From: Chloroflexota bacterium
GTDB lineage: Bacteria > Chloroflexota > Dehalococcoidia > Lucifugimonadales > UBA3495
Direction of reading: 5' to 3'
Length of the DNA: 64,000 nucleotides
Assembly: GCA_009840175.1 (NCBI GenBank)
Contig: VXOI01000062.1
Coordinates: 4,727-68,726 of the forward strand
A program made the translations under genes and the position numbers. Below are positions 43,820-52,213 of the stretch, piece after piece (position 1 is the stretch's first letter; every line of letters begins with the position of its first letter). The notes under the pieces were generated by a model. That model worked only from the letters and a program-made list of their open reading frames with translations. It was not told the DNA's origin and ran no database searches.

Positions 43820-44977
43820 TCACAGAGCAATAACTCGGCTCAGAAACTCTTGGGCAGCCTGATCATCAATTTGTGAATCAGGATTCTCGATAAGCTCGTT
43901 TATCGCCTTCCCTTCAAATTGGGATACACCCCTCGAGTTTCGTCCAGCCCAGTGTCTCAAAAGAATTGTAGCCTTGAGCAGATCCCTCTGGAACATGGAT
44001 ACTAGGACAGTATTTACGATTTTACCAGGGTCTATGCCAACAAAATAGAACATCAATACAGACCTGGAATTTGCAAGAAATTCCAGCATTTTGTCCAAGT
44101 TATACGCTTTGGGGTTGGAACTCAGGATCATTACCTTTGTTTTGACGTCAGTTTCCGTGTCAAAGAGATTGAAATTTCTTCGATAGTCCCCCAAGGTGTT
44201 ATCCGTTCTGAACTGAGGTAGGCCAGGAGTGTCCGATTTCAGAGCAGCAATAAGACTCTGGCGAAGCGCCTCATCCTCTCCAGCAATCAGGTATTCTATT
44301 ACTCGTCCACGAACATTAACATTGTCAATGAGAGCTGCTAAAAGAATCTCCTTCTTGAACTCCTCAACTTTGTAGTCGAGTTCAGATTTTAGCGTGTGCG
44401 CTTCGGAAGACGCGACGAAACGGATGGCTCTATCTGGGGCCTCAAGTATGGCCTGACGTTCGCTATCACCTACGGTAAACTTGCTCCCAGATGGAGAGAT
44501 GTTGTTTGTCGCCTCCACGAGTCGCGCTAAGTTGCCTTCGAAACCGATTTCAGCATGGATGTCATACAGTCGCCTGATGTTTTCTGTGGAATTAGAGATA
44601 CCTTCAAAAGCTCTGACGATATCGGACCCATTGAAACTTCCCCTGATATTGTTCTCTCTGAGCTCTTGTGAGCTGTGGCTTATTTTCCTCAAGAAGGTTG
44701 TGTTCGCAATGAGACAGAAGTTTCTGACCGGAGTGACGAGACAGACGATGAATGGGCGATCGTCATACTTACGTAGATTAGATAGCGAGAGAACTGTATT
44801 CCCAAAATTAGGACGAGCTGACGAGCTGAAGCGAATCGCGTACTCGCGACAATAAAAAACGGACCGATCTTTGATTAGGCGAAACTCCCTACAAATGAGT
44901 TGAGCCAAAAGGTCTTTGTCATTTATTCCATCGTTTTCATGGATGAGTTCAAAAAGAGACTTAAGAGGATCTGTCAT
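43820..44977 (-). CDS. putative type II restriction endonuclease (family not recognised)
   Basis: 385 aa and AT-rich. It overlaps the 3' end of the upstream methyltransferase gene by 17 nt. A possible PD-(D/E)xK-like ..FDTETDVKTK.. is present. The functional call rests mainly on context. Confidence 0.5.
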   Translation of the reverse strand: MTDPLKSLFELIHENDGINDKDLLAQLICREFRLIKDRSVFYCREYAIRFSSSARPNFGNTVLSLSNLRKYDDRPFIVCLVTPVRNFCLIANTTFLRKISHSSQELRENNIRGSFNGSDIVRAFEGISNSTENIRRLYDIHAEIGFEGNLARLVEATNNISPSGSKFTVGDSERQAILEAPDRAIRFVASSEAHTLKSELDYKVEEFKKEILLAALIDNVNVRGRVIEYLIAGEDEALRQSLIAALKSDTPGLPQFRTDNTLGDYRRNFNLFDTETDVKTKVMILSSNPKAYNLDKMLEFLANSRSVLMFYFVGIDPGKIVNTVLVSMFQRDLLKATILLRHWAGRNSRGVSQFEGKAINELIENPDSQIDDQAAQEFLSRVIAL

Positions 44978-45956
44978 CGAAGAACTCCATCATAGATTCC
45001 ATCGACACTTCGTTTCTAAGGGGCTTTTGGCCCTTCATGCTATTTCGTTCCCAAAATACGCCATCCCGATATCCTTGAATGCTTGGGTCAGTATCCGCTT
45101 TATCTAGACGCTTCAGCGCCCAGCAGCAATACTCGCGGTTAAGTTCTATGCCACAGAAATTTCGTTGGAGCTTCTTGGCAACCACGGCTGTTGTTCCGCT
45201 CCCCAGAAATGGGTCAAATACGAAATCTTGCGGATTGGAACTGGCAAGAACTAACTTGGCGAATAGTTTTTCTGGCTTTTGCGTGGGGTGATCGGTATTT
45301 TCAGGCATCGACCAGAAAGGAATTGTTATATCTGACCACAGGTTAGATGGGTGTGTAAGTCTGTATTTCCCGATGCTGGTCTCATTCCAATCCTTTGGTT
45401 TCCCGTCCTCTCGACGATATGGCGCGAGAACCCGCCTCTTTAGCTTCACAGCATCAACATTGAAGGTATATTCCTCACTAACGGTACAAAACCAAATATC
45501 CTCGGTGTTGTTTTTCCAATTGACTTTAGCTCCTCGCCCCTTCTCCCGCTCCCATGTGATTCGGTTCCTGACTCGTAAATGTCTGTCTAGGATGGGATAG
45601 ATCAGCGTCGAAGATTGCCAATCACTGCAAACGTAAACCGTCGCTGTGCGACGCAACAGAGGGACTGTGAGGGACAGGAGTTCGTCGAACCAAGAGGCAT
45701 AGGATTCCGCGTCTTGGGCTCGAAACACATTCCCATTGAAATCCTTTGTCAGATTGTAAGGCGGATCGAGAATTAACAGGTCGACGAAAGAATCTGGGAG
45801 AAAGGGACAGGCAAACTGAAAGTCTTGATTGATGACCCTGCCTCGAAGCAACTCAGTTGTCGCCGGCTGTGATAATTCGAGGAGATGAGTGGACAGAGCA
45901 GTCTCCTCCTCTATCGTGCATCTCAAAGTCCTATTTCGTGGGGCACGCTTGTTCAT
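44961..45956 (-). CDS. site-specific DNA methyltransferase, beta-class (N6-adenine or N4-cytosine)
   Basis: Motif IV ..LILDPPYNL.. precedes the AdoMet motif I ..FDPFLGSGTTAVVAKKL..GIELN.., which is the beta-class order. An AAGGAA SD lies before the ATG. Confidence 0.85.
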   Translation of the reverse strand: MNKRAPRNRTLRCTIEEETALSTHLLELSQPATTELLRGRVINQDFQFACPFLPDSFVDLLILDPPYNLTKDFNGNVFRAQDAESYASWFDELLSLTVPLLRRTATVYVCSDWQSSTLIYPILDRHLRVRNRITWEREKGRGAKVNWKNNTEDIWFCTVSEEYTFNVDAVKLKRRVLAPYRREDGKPKDWNETSIGKYRLTHPSNLWSDITIPFWSMPENTDHPTQKPEKLFAKLVLASSNPQDFVFDPFLGSGTTAVVAKKLQRNFCGIELNREYCCWALKRLDKADTDPSIQGYRDGVFWERNSMKGQKPLRNEVSMESMMEFFDDRSS

Positions 45957-46115
45957 GATCGTTCCTTAGTAGCCGACGTTGATTAACCAGCAATTGAATT
46001 GGCAGTAATTATGCCCGCCAGCGATGGGTTCCGTCCATTTTTGGAGTATGAGGCGTACGGGTACCACCCATACTCCAAAGCCAAACGGAGCCATCGTTTC
46101 TTTCTGGCTGTGCAA

Positions 46116-47075
46116 TCAGGCCGTCGGCTTCACGCTCTCGAAGTGGCGGCGGGGGTTCTCGATCATCATGCGGTCTATGGTTTCCTGCTTCGTGCCCAGC
46201 TCCATCAACTGGGGGATGAACTTGTTGCTGAGCCACAGGTAGCCGTCGGGGTTCTGGTCGCGGCTGGGGAACCCGGATGTGCCGATGCGGGAGAGCACCA
46301 CGTTCCAGTCGTGGGACAGCATCATGTTGGACTCGATGCCCTCGTCCAGCAGGTTTTTGAGGTACTCGGCGCGCTGCTCCCACGGCGGCAGGTGGGGGCG
46401 TCCGAAGGCGTTGTTGATGTCCCAGCCCAGCCACACGCCTAGGCGCGCCAGCTCGCGGTGATAGTCCGGGTCGAGGGTCTGGTTGATGTGGCCGACGTAG
46501 ATGTTCTGCGGCTCAACGCCCTCCTCGGTCAGGATTTTCACCTGCCGCTCGCCTATGCGCGACATCGGCGGCGTGTGCGTGGTGATGGGGATGCCCGTCC
46601 GCAGGTGGGTTCGGGCGGAGGCGCGCAGCATCAGCTCTTCGTGCTCGGTGATGGGGTCGCTGGTGGCTACCTTGATGATGCCGGCCTTGATGTCCGTGCC
46701 GTCTATGCCCTCTTCGACTTCCCGTACCCAGAGGTCGGCGATGAAGTCCTTGTCGCGCCACCAGAAGCTGCGGGGGATGTCCAGCCAGCAACCAGTGCAG
46801 CATATGAAGTTGACGCCGGTAGCCTCGGACACCTGCTTCATCAACGCCACGTCGCGGCCCAGGTCCATGGGGGAAACCTCGATCACGGTGTGGACACCGC
46901 CAGCCTTGGCCTTCCCGAAGTCCTCCACGGCCATGTCAAAGGCCCGGTCCCGCAATTCCAGCTCGCCGTAGCTGATGCGGATGCCTGCCGATGAGTCAAT
47001 GAGATGCTCGTGGGGCAGGGTGAAACCCATTTCCGATGAATCAATCGTTCCAAGGACCGTGTTGACGGTTGCCAT
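46116..47075 (-). CDS. phosphotriesterase-family (PTE/PHP, amidohydrolase-fold) protein
   Basis: ..GFTLPHEHL.. is the HxH metal motif, with ..VATSDP.. and ..ITTHT.. also present. 319 aa from the ATG at 47075, which has a GGAGG upstream. The longer ORF-track N-terminus was rejected. Confidence 0.75.
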   Translation of the reverse strand: MATVNTVLGTIDSSEMGFTLPHEHLIDSSAGIRISYGELELRDRAFDMAVEDFGKAKAGGVHTVIEVSPMDLGRDVALMKQVSEATGVNFICCTGCWLDIPRSFWWRDKDFIADLWVREVEEGIDGTDIKAGIIKVATSDPITEHEELMLRASARTHLRTGIPITTHTPPMSRIGERQVKILTEEGVEPQNIYVGHINQTLDPDYHRELARLGVWLGWDINNAFGRPHLPPWEQRAEYLKNLLDEGIESNMMLSHDWNVVLSRIGTSGFPSRDQNPDGYLWLSNKFIPQLMELGTKQETIDRMMIENPRRHFESVKPTA

Positions 47076-47219
47076 CTCGAACCTCCGGCCTGCGCTGCCT
47101 CTGGATTCCCGCGAGATCGGGAACGACGGGGCGCAGATGCAGTTATGGTTGCAGCGGTCTTGGCGCCGATTATACTGGCATTGGTAACAGTCCGGTAGCC
47201 GGATTTTGGAGGATGCCAG

Positions 47220-48371
47220 ATGGCGCTGCATTTCACCGAGCAGGAACTGAAGTCCCGACGCGACCGGGTGGTCGCAGAGTTGCAGACCCGCGGACTGGCC
47301 GCCTTGCTGATCTTCCGGCAGGAGAGTATGTACTACCTGACCGGCTACGACACCACCGGATATTCCCAGTTCCAGTGCCTGTACCTGGGCGCGGACGGGA
47401 AGATGGTGCTGCTGACTCGCTCTGCGGACCTGCGGCAGGCGCGGCTCACGTCAGTGGTCGTGGACATTCGCATCTGGGTGGACCGGGCTGGCGTAGATCC
47501 GGGGCAGGACCTGTGGGCCATACTGGAAGAGCAGGGCTGCCGAGGCCGGAGGGTGGGTGTCGAGCTGGAGGCCTGGTGTCTCACTGGCAAGCGGTGGGAG
47601 TACGTCCGCGCCGCTATGGAAGGCAAATGCGATTGGGAAGACGCGTCCGAACTGGTCAGCCGCCTGCGCCTGGTCAAGAGCGATGTCGAGATAGAGTACG
47701 TGCGCCAGGCCGCAGCACTTTGCGACGAAGCCTGGCTTGCCGCGCAGCGGACGGCCATCGCGGGAACGCCGGAGCAGGACGTGCTGGCGGCCATGACTTC
47801 AGCGGTCTTCCAGGGCGGCGGAGACTACACGGCGACGCGGTTCATCATCGGCTCCGGCGAGAACGCTCTGATGGTGCGCAACTTTACCGGATACGGGACA
47901 CTCGGCGAAAACGACCAGTTGCAACTGGAGTTCGGCGGCGCTTACCGCCACTACCATTCCTGCCTGATGCGCACCATCCTCACCGGAGAAGCCGACCCGA
48001 AGCACGTCGCCATGCACGCCGCCTGCGCCGAGGCCCTGCAAGCCTGCAAGGACGCCTGTCGTCCCGGCGCCACCTTCGGCGACATATTCCAGGCCCACGC
48101 CGATTCCTTCGACCGCGCCGGGTTCGGCGAACACAAGCTCAACGCCTGCGGCTACAGCCTCGGCGCTCTCTACCCGCCGACGTGGATGGACTGGCCGATG
48201 ATCTTCCGCGACAACCCGGTGGTGGTGCAGCCCAACATGGTCATCTTCATGCACATGATCCTGCTGGACTGGGACAACAAGCTGGCAATGTCCGTCGGCG
48301 ACACCGTGCTGACCACCGCCGAAGGCTGCGAGACGCTGACCAAGCTGGGGCAGGGGCTGGTGGTTAACTGA
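47220..48371 (+). CDS. M24-family metallopeptidase (Xaa-Pro peptidase/creatinase-like)
   Basis: It has a creatinase-like N-domain (..LLIFRQESMYYLTGYDT..) and a pita-bread C-domain. GGAGGA lies 6 nt upstream of the ATG. Confidence 0.75.
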   Translation: MALHFTEQELKSRRDRVVAELQTRGLAALLIFRQESMYYLTGYDTTGYSQFQCLYLGADGKMVLLTRSADLRQARLTSVVVDIRIWVDRAGVDPGQDLWAILEEQGCRGRRVGVELEAWCLTGKRWEYVRAAMEGKCDWEDASELVSRLRLVKSDVEIEYVRQAAALCDEAWLAAQRTAIAGTPEQDVLAAMTSAVFQGGGDYTATRFIIGSGENALMVRNFTGYGTLGENDQLQLEFGGAYRHYHSCLMRTILTGEADPKHVAMHAACAEALQACKDACRPGATFGDIFQAHADSFDRAGFGEHKLNACGYSLGALYPPTWMDWPMIFRDNPVVVQPNMVIFMHMILLDWDNKLAMSVGDTVLTTAEGCETLTKLGQGLVVN

Positions 48372-48387
48372 GTGGCGGATAGTAGTA

Positions 48388-48431
48388 GAAAATGGCCCAT
48401 CCCTGATTTGGGATAGGCCATTTCTTGATTT
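48388..48431. terminator. bidirectional terminator between the M24 peptidase gene and the convergent micro-ORFs
   Basis: gaaaatggcc / ggccatttc is a stem of about 9 bp, followed by ttcttgattt. Confidence 0.5.
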
Positions 48432-48462
48432 CCGTCGGGTGGGGAGTCATGGCGTAGGAATG

Positions 48463-48666
48463 CTACGCAACTTCTTTGCGCCCTTGGTCTTCCCTTTCCC
48501 GCCACAGTTGTATCAGGTAATCCCACTTCCGGTCGATTTCATCCTGTTTAGCATTAAAGCGGGCATCGTCGGCTTTGTCGCGACGCCGACCGATTTCGAG
48601 ATAAATTACCGCCCCCAAAACAGCCAGTCCGACGGCAATGTAAGGCGCGATTGAGAGAATGTCCAT
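48463..48666 (-). CDS. small single-pass membrane protein (67 aa)
   Basis: MDILSIAPYIAVGLAVLGAVIYLEIG is a TM segment followed by a highly charged tail. Its ATG overlaps the stop of the upstream micro-ORF (TAATG). Confidence 0.5.
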   Translation of the reverse strand: MDILSIAPYIAVGLAVLGAVIYLEIGRRRDKADDARFNAKQDEIDRKWDYLIQLWREREDQGRKEVA

Positions 48667-48845
48667 TATCCGCCCCTGTCTCGGTTGATAGAGGAGTTGA
48701 TGAACCTGTCAACCCTGTCTGCTTCCCTGTCGTAAATCCTGTCCATACGCTCTGACAGCTTGTTGGCCCGGCGCTCGGCCCGAAAGACCCCGGCAAGGGC
48801 AATGACAGACAGAACAACGGATACCCATGAAAGCACTTCAGACAT
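48666..48845 (-). CDS. small single-pass membrane protein (59 aa, below the ORF-track cutoff)
   Basis: MSEVLSWVSVVLSVIALAGVF is a TM segment followed by an Arg/Asp-rich tail. It is translationally coupled to the 67-aa ORF. No clear SD. Confidence 0.4.
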   Translation of the reverse strand: MSEVLSWVSVVLSVIALAGVFRAERRANKLSERMDRIYDREADRVDRFINSSINRDRGG

Positions 48846-49068
48846 TTCTGTTAGTCTATCGAATGCTGCTCTGATGATTCAACTGCCTGAAAGGGTCTAA
48901 TAAGGACGGAGCAACAGGAGTGCCTCCCTCCGCAGTGAGTGTCGGGTTGGTGTTCAACCTGCACCTCGCAAAGCGGGAAGATTAGTGTAAGGATTATACC
49001 GCCTCACTGCCCCAATGCTCTGTATCCAATGAACTGGTCTCCATCCCGATCTTTTTCAAGAAAAAACT

Positions 49069-49764
49069 CTATCCTGACATCCCCACCATGGGACATCTTC
49101 CCCAAAGCCTGACAAGCGAACCTTTCCTCGGTACTGGAAACCTCCGTCGATTCATAAATTTTGAGCAAGTAGCGTGAGTAGTATACTCGCTCCTCTTTTC
49201 GGAAAGGGTGATAATACCGTCAACAAGAAATGAGCACTCATATTCGCTCACTGGTAGTTTTTCAAATGAGATGCCTCCCCGAGAACTACGAATAAACTTT
49301 CTCGGATAAGTATCATGCGAGGCTCTGTGTAGAATACCCTTGCACTCGATCAAAAGCGGGCCGCGGGATATTTCCTTCACCAGCGTAATATCGGCAACCC
49401 TCTCGTCGGCAGACAGATTAGTTCTCGACCATTTGATGTATTCGGAAGCGACATCGGCACAGTCCAAGTCTGACAAAGTAGGCGTGGGTGTAGGAGTAGG
49501 TCTGGGTGTCGGCGTTGGCTGCCGCGTTGCCGTGGGCTGTGGTGTGGCTGTCGGCCTCTGAGTGGGCTCTGGCGTCTAAGTAGGCTCTGGTGTCCATGTT
49601 GATGGCGGCATCCATGTTGGCTCCGGCCTCGGTGCGGTAGTCGGCGGAACGGATGTATCCTGTATTTCCGGGTGGACGGACGTGGGTTCGCCTCCGCCAC
49701 ATGCCAAGCCTGCCACCAATATCAGGATCAGTGTCAAGGATAAGGAATACGCGGCAATTCTCAC
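49069..49764 (-). pseudogene. secreted/lipoprotein-like gene with a Pro/Thr linker, interrupted by one in-frame TAG at 49576..49578
   Basis: ORFs 49576..49764 (signal peptide ..LVAGLACGGG.. plus PT-rich segment) and 49069..49476 are in the same frame. The stretch between them translates without stops as TPEPTQRPTATPQPTATRQPTPTPRPTPTPTPT. The TAG sits where the adjacent repeat unit has CAG. Confidence 0.6.
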
Positions 49765-49771
49765 GGTAATT

Positions 49772-51019
49772 CTATTCCCCTGCCTCCACCAGCTTGCGTA
49801 GCTCTATCAGCGCCTGATTGCTTATCCGGCGCTTGATGGTGATGCGGCGGGGCGGAACGCGGAGTTCCAGCTCCTTGATTACCTGGGGGCCGGCGTTGGT
49901 GGCTCGGGCAATGGCCAGATAGCAGAGGCCCATAGGACGGCCGTCCAGTTCGCCGGGGCCGGGTGCGCCCGTTACTCCGATGCCGTAGTCGGCGTCGAGC
50001 TGCACCAGGGCGGCGGAGGCCATGGCGTTGGCCGTTTCCTGGCTGACCGCGCCGTGGTTGTCCATCAGCGCCGGGGGAACGCCGGCGGCAGCCAGCGACT
50101 CTGCGCCGAAGGCTACTATGCTGCCCCGGAAGTGGCGCTGCGCCTCGTTGACGTCTGTGATGGCGTTGGTGAGAAACCCGCCGGTGCAGTACTCCATTGC
50201 CGCCAGCGTCTTGCCGCGCGACTGAAGGACCTGGGCCACCGCCTGCTCCGGGGTTTCGTCGTCGTAGCCCCAGACGTATTCGCCCAGCCGGTCGTGCACC
50301 GCCTGCTCTACTGGCACTATCATGCGCCGGGCGGTGGCTTCGTCGGCGGCGCGGGCTATGACCCGCAGGTGGATGCCGTCGGCCTTGGAGTAGATGCCGA
50401 GGTAGGGGTTTTCGTGGCCGAAATACTCCGACATGATTTCGTCCACCGCCGCTTCGCCCAACCCCATGGTTTTGACGTTGCGGGTGATGGTGACCTCCTC
50501 GGTAACCAGTTCGCGCAGGCCCGGCTCAACCTGCTCGCGGAAGATGGCCTGCATCTCCACCGGCGGGCCGGGCATGATGATGATGTGCTTGCCGTCGCGT
50601 TCGGCCCACCAGCCTGGTGCCGTGCCGTTGCGGTTGGGGATGAACTTTGCGGAGGGGATCAGCCACGCCTGCTTGGTATTGTGCGACGGCATATCCTGGC
50701 CCCGGTTGCGGAAGTACTGGCGTAACTCCTCCACCATGTCTTCCTGTACCGTGGGCGTCTCGCCCAGGGTCGCTGCCACAGCCTCGCGGGTCAGGTCGTC
50801 CTGCGTTGGGCCAAGCCCGCCGGTGGTGAAGATGATGTCGGAGCGCTTGAGACCCTGCTGGAAGGCGTGGGTCAACTGGCCCAAGTCGTCACCCACCAGC
50901 GTTACCCATTGCAGCGTTATGCCCAACGGCGGCAGGCGAGTGGCAATCCAGCCTGCGTTGGTGTCGTTGAGTTCGCCCATCAGCAGTTCGGTGCCGATGC
51001 CCATTATCTCTGCTTTCAT
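49772..51019 (-). CDS. cinA: competence/damage-inducible protein CinA (MoCF-binding domain plus nicotinamide-nucleotide amidase)
   Basis: MKAEIMGIGTELLMGELNDTN.. and ..TTGGLGPTQDDLTREA.., with a C-terminal PncC-like domain. GGAGGA lies upstream. Confidence 0.88.
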   Translation of the reverse strand: MKAEIMGIGTELLMGELNDTNAGWIATRLPPLGITLQWVTLVGDDLGQLTHAFQQGLKRSDIIFTTGGLGPTQDDLTREAVAATLGETPTVQEDMVEELRQYFRNRGQDMPSHNTKQAWLIPSAKFIPNRNGTAPGWWAERDGKHIIIMPGPPVEMQAIFREQVEPGLRELVTEEVTITRNVKTMGLGEAAVDEIMSEYFGHENPYLGIYSKADGIHLRVIARAADEATARRMIVPVEQAVHDRLGEYVWGYDDETPEQAVAQVLQSRGKTLAAMEYCTGGFLTNAITDVNEAQRHFRGSIVAFGAESLAAAGVPPALMDNHGAVSQETANAMASAALVQLDADYGIGVTGAPGPGELDGRPMGLCYLAIARATNAGPQVIKELELRVPPRRITIKRRISNQALIELRKLVEAGE

Positions 51020-51045
51020 GGCGTTCCTCCAGTCCGGGGTTTCAA

Positions 51046-51127
51046 CACAGAGGACGCGGAGAATCCCGCAGGGAACGCGGAAATATGCAACCTCCGTGCT
51101 CTCTGTGCGATCTCTGTGCCCTCTGCG
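51046..51127. repeat. CACAGAGG..CTCTGTG hairpin element with CTCTGTG heptad reiteration
   Basis: cacagaggacgcggag (51046..51061) pairs with ctccgtgctctctgtg (51092..51107) at 13/16 positions, followed by cgatctctgtgccctctgcg. It is intergenic between DUF4340 and cinA. Confidence 0.5.
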
Positions 51128-51135
51128 TTGGCTTT

Positions 51136-52119
51136 CTAGGGAGATACTAGCGGGTCGCTGGCCAAAGTCTCGATGCCTTCCAGCCGGGATTTCTTCATCA
51201 AGTATATCTTTTCGTCAATGTCATTCACTGACCGCGAGTAGTAGCTGTCGGTGCCGGGAGGCCCGTCGGCCAACAGAAACTCTACAGCTGCCTGGCCGCG
51301 GCGGGCTATCACAACCCGCACCGCCGGGTTGTCGAATCCGTACTCGGCCAGCTTCTCGGTTTCCCGGTCCATGACCTGCTGCTCGACAATCTCGTCTATG
51401 CGCGGGGCTGCCAACATAACCAGCCAATCCGCCCACTCCCCTGATGCTGGGGCAGCCTTCTCGATGTCCACCGGCGGCGGGCCTTCGCTGACCAGCCACT
51501 GGCCGCCCTCGAGGAAATAGACCGCCGTTGAATCACCGGCGTTTACTTCGACAACTGTTATGAATTCAAGCTCTAGATCGAACATCCGGCCATAGGGAGG
51601 GTCCAGGGCGAGGCGGTTGACCACGTCGGCCCATACCTTGGGCAAGGTGTACAGGGCGTCGTCGCCGACCAGCCGGGCGTACTGGTTGGCGCCGTCGGGC
51701 GTGGGTATGCCCATGTGGAACTCGAAGGTGTTGCCGTCCCAGTCCGCTACCCGCACGATGCTCTCCGGCGGGTCCAGCCCGTAATCCGCCGGGTTGGTGA
51801 TGGTCTCTCTGAGTCCCCGGTTGACCCTCGGGCCGCTGAGAAGCAGGGGCGTTCCACCCCATTTCTGCTGAAAGACGGGATAATCGGGGTCGCCCAGAAT
51901 CATCCACAGGTGGCTGCCTGCATCCCGGGCGTACTCCGCCGATTTCCCGCCGTGCGTGACCTGGATATAGGAAATAGTCCCTTCGTCTATGCTGAAGAGC
52001 CAGGGCTTTTCCTCTTTGACTTCGCCACGGGACACGATGTCGGTAAACTCGATGACGGCCCAGGCCCCTCCGGCGATAGCCACCACGACCACCATCAGAA
52101 TGGTTAGCCTAACATTCAT
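51136..52119 (-). CDS. DUF4340-domain protein (accessory to the GldG-type ABC-2 system)
   Basis: It has an N-terminal TM and repeated beta-rich modules. It occupies the position after a gldG-like gene, as in other operons of this type. Confidence 0.6.
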   Translation of the reverse strand: MNVRLTILMVVVVAIAGGAWAVIEFTDIVSRGEVKEEKPWLFSIDEGTISYIQVTHGGKSAEYARDAGSHLWMILGDPDYPVFQQKWGGTPLLLSGPRVNRGLRETITNPADYGLDPPESIVRVADWDGNTFEFHMGIPTPDGANQYARLVGDDALYTLPKVWADVVNRLALDPPYGRMFDLELEFITVVEVNAGDSTAVYFLEGGQWLVSEGPPPVDIEKAAPASGEWADWLVMLAAPRIDEIVEQQVMDRETEKLAEYGFDNPAVRVVIARRGQAAVEFLLADGPPGTDSYYSRSVNDIDEKIYLMKKSRLEGIETLASDPLVSP

Positions 52120-52213
52120 GCTTCAGTCTGCCCTGCGATGACATCTTCGCTCTCGCGTTGCTCTGCCGCAACGTTGACCTGTCCCGTTGATACTCAGCCT
52201 GTCGAATAACACC

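Noticed and set aside
43630-46115. Mobile-element boundaries (direct repeats, integrase, transposase, tRNA target) around the R-M islet.
   Set aside because: None were visible by eye in the 190-nt and 159-nt flanks. The islet is therefore reported only as compositionally atypical, not as a defined mobile element.
48846-49068. The 223-nt non-coding gap between the lipoprotein pseudogene and the micro-ORF pair, considered as an ncRNA.
   Set aside because: It has no convincing extended stem-loops, promoter or terminator, and no similarity to RNA families I know. It is left unannotated.
49480-49560. A short-period repeat tract (ggtgt/ggcgt-type units), considered as a CRISPR-like or satellite repeat.
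   Set aside because: It is the coding sequence of a Pro/Thr linker (PTPTPRPTPT..) on the minus strand. There is no repeat-spacer organisation and there are no cas genes.
49576-49578. The in-frame TAG in the lipoprotein gene, considered as pyrrolysine or programmed readthrough.
   Set aside because: No pyl genes or PYLIS-like context are visible. The TAG aligns with a CAG in the neighbouring repeat unit, so a simple nonsense mutation or a sequence error is more parsimonious.
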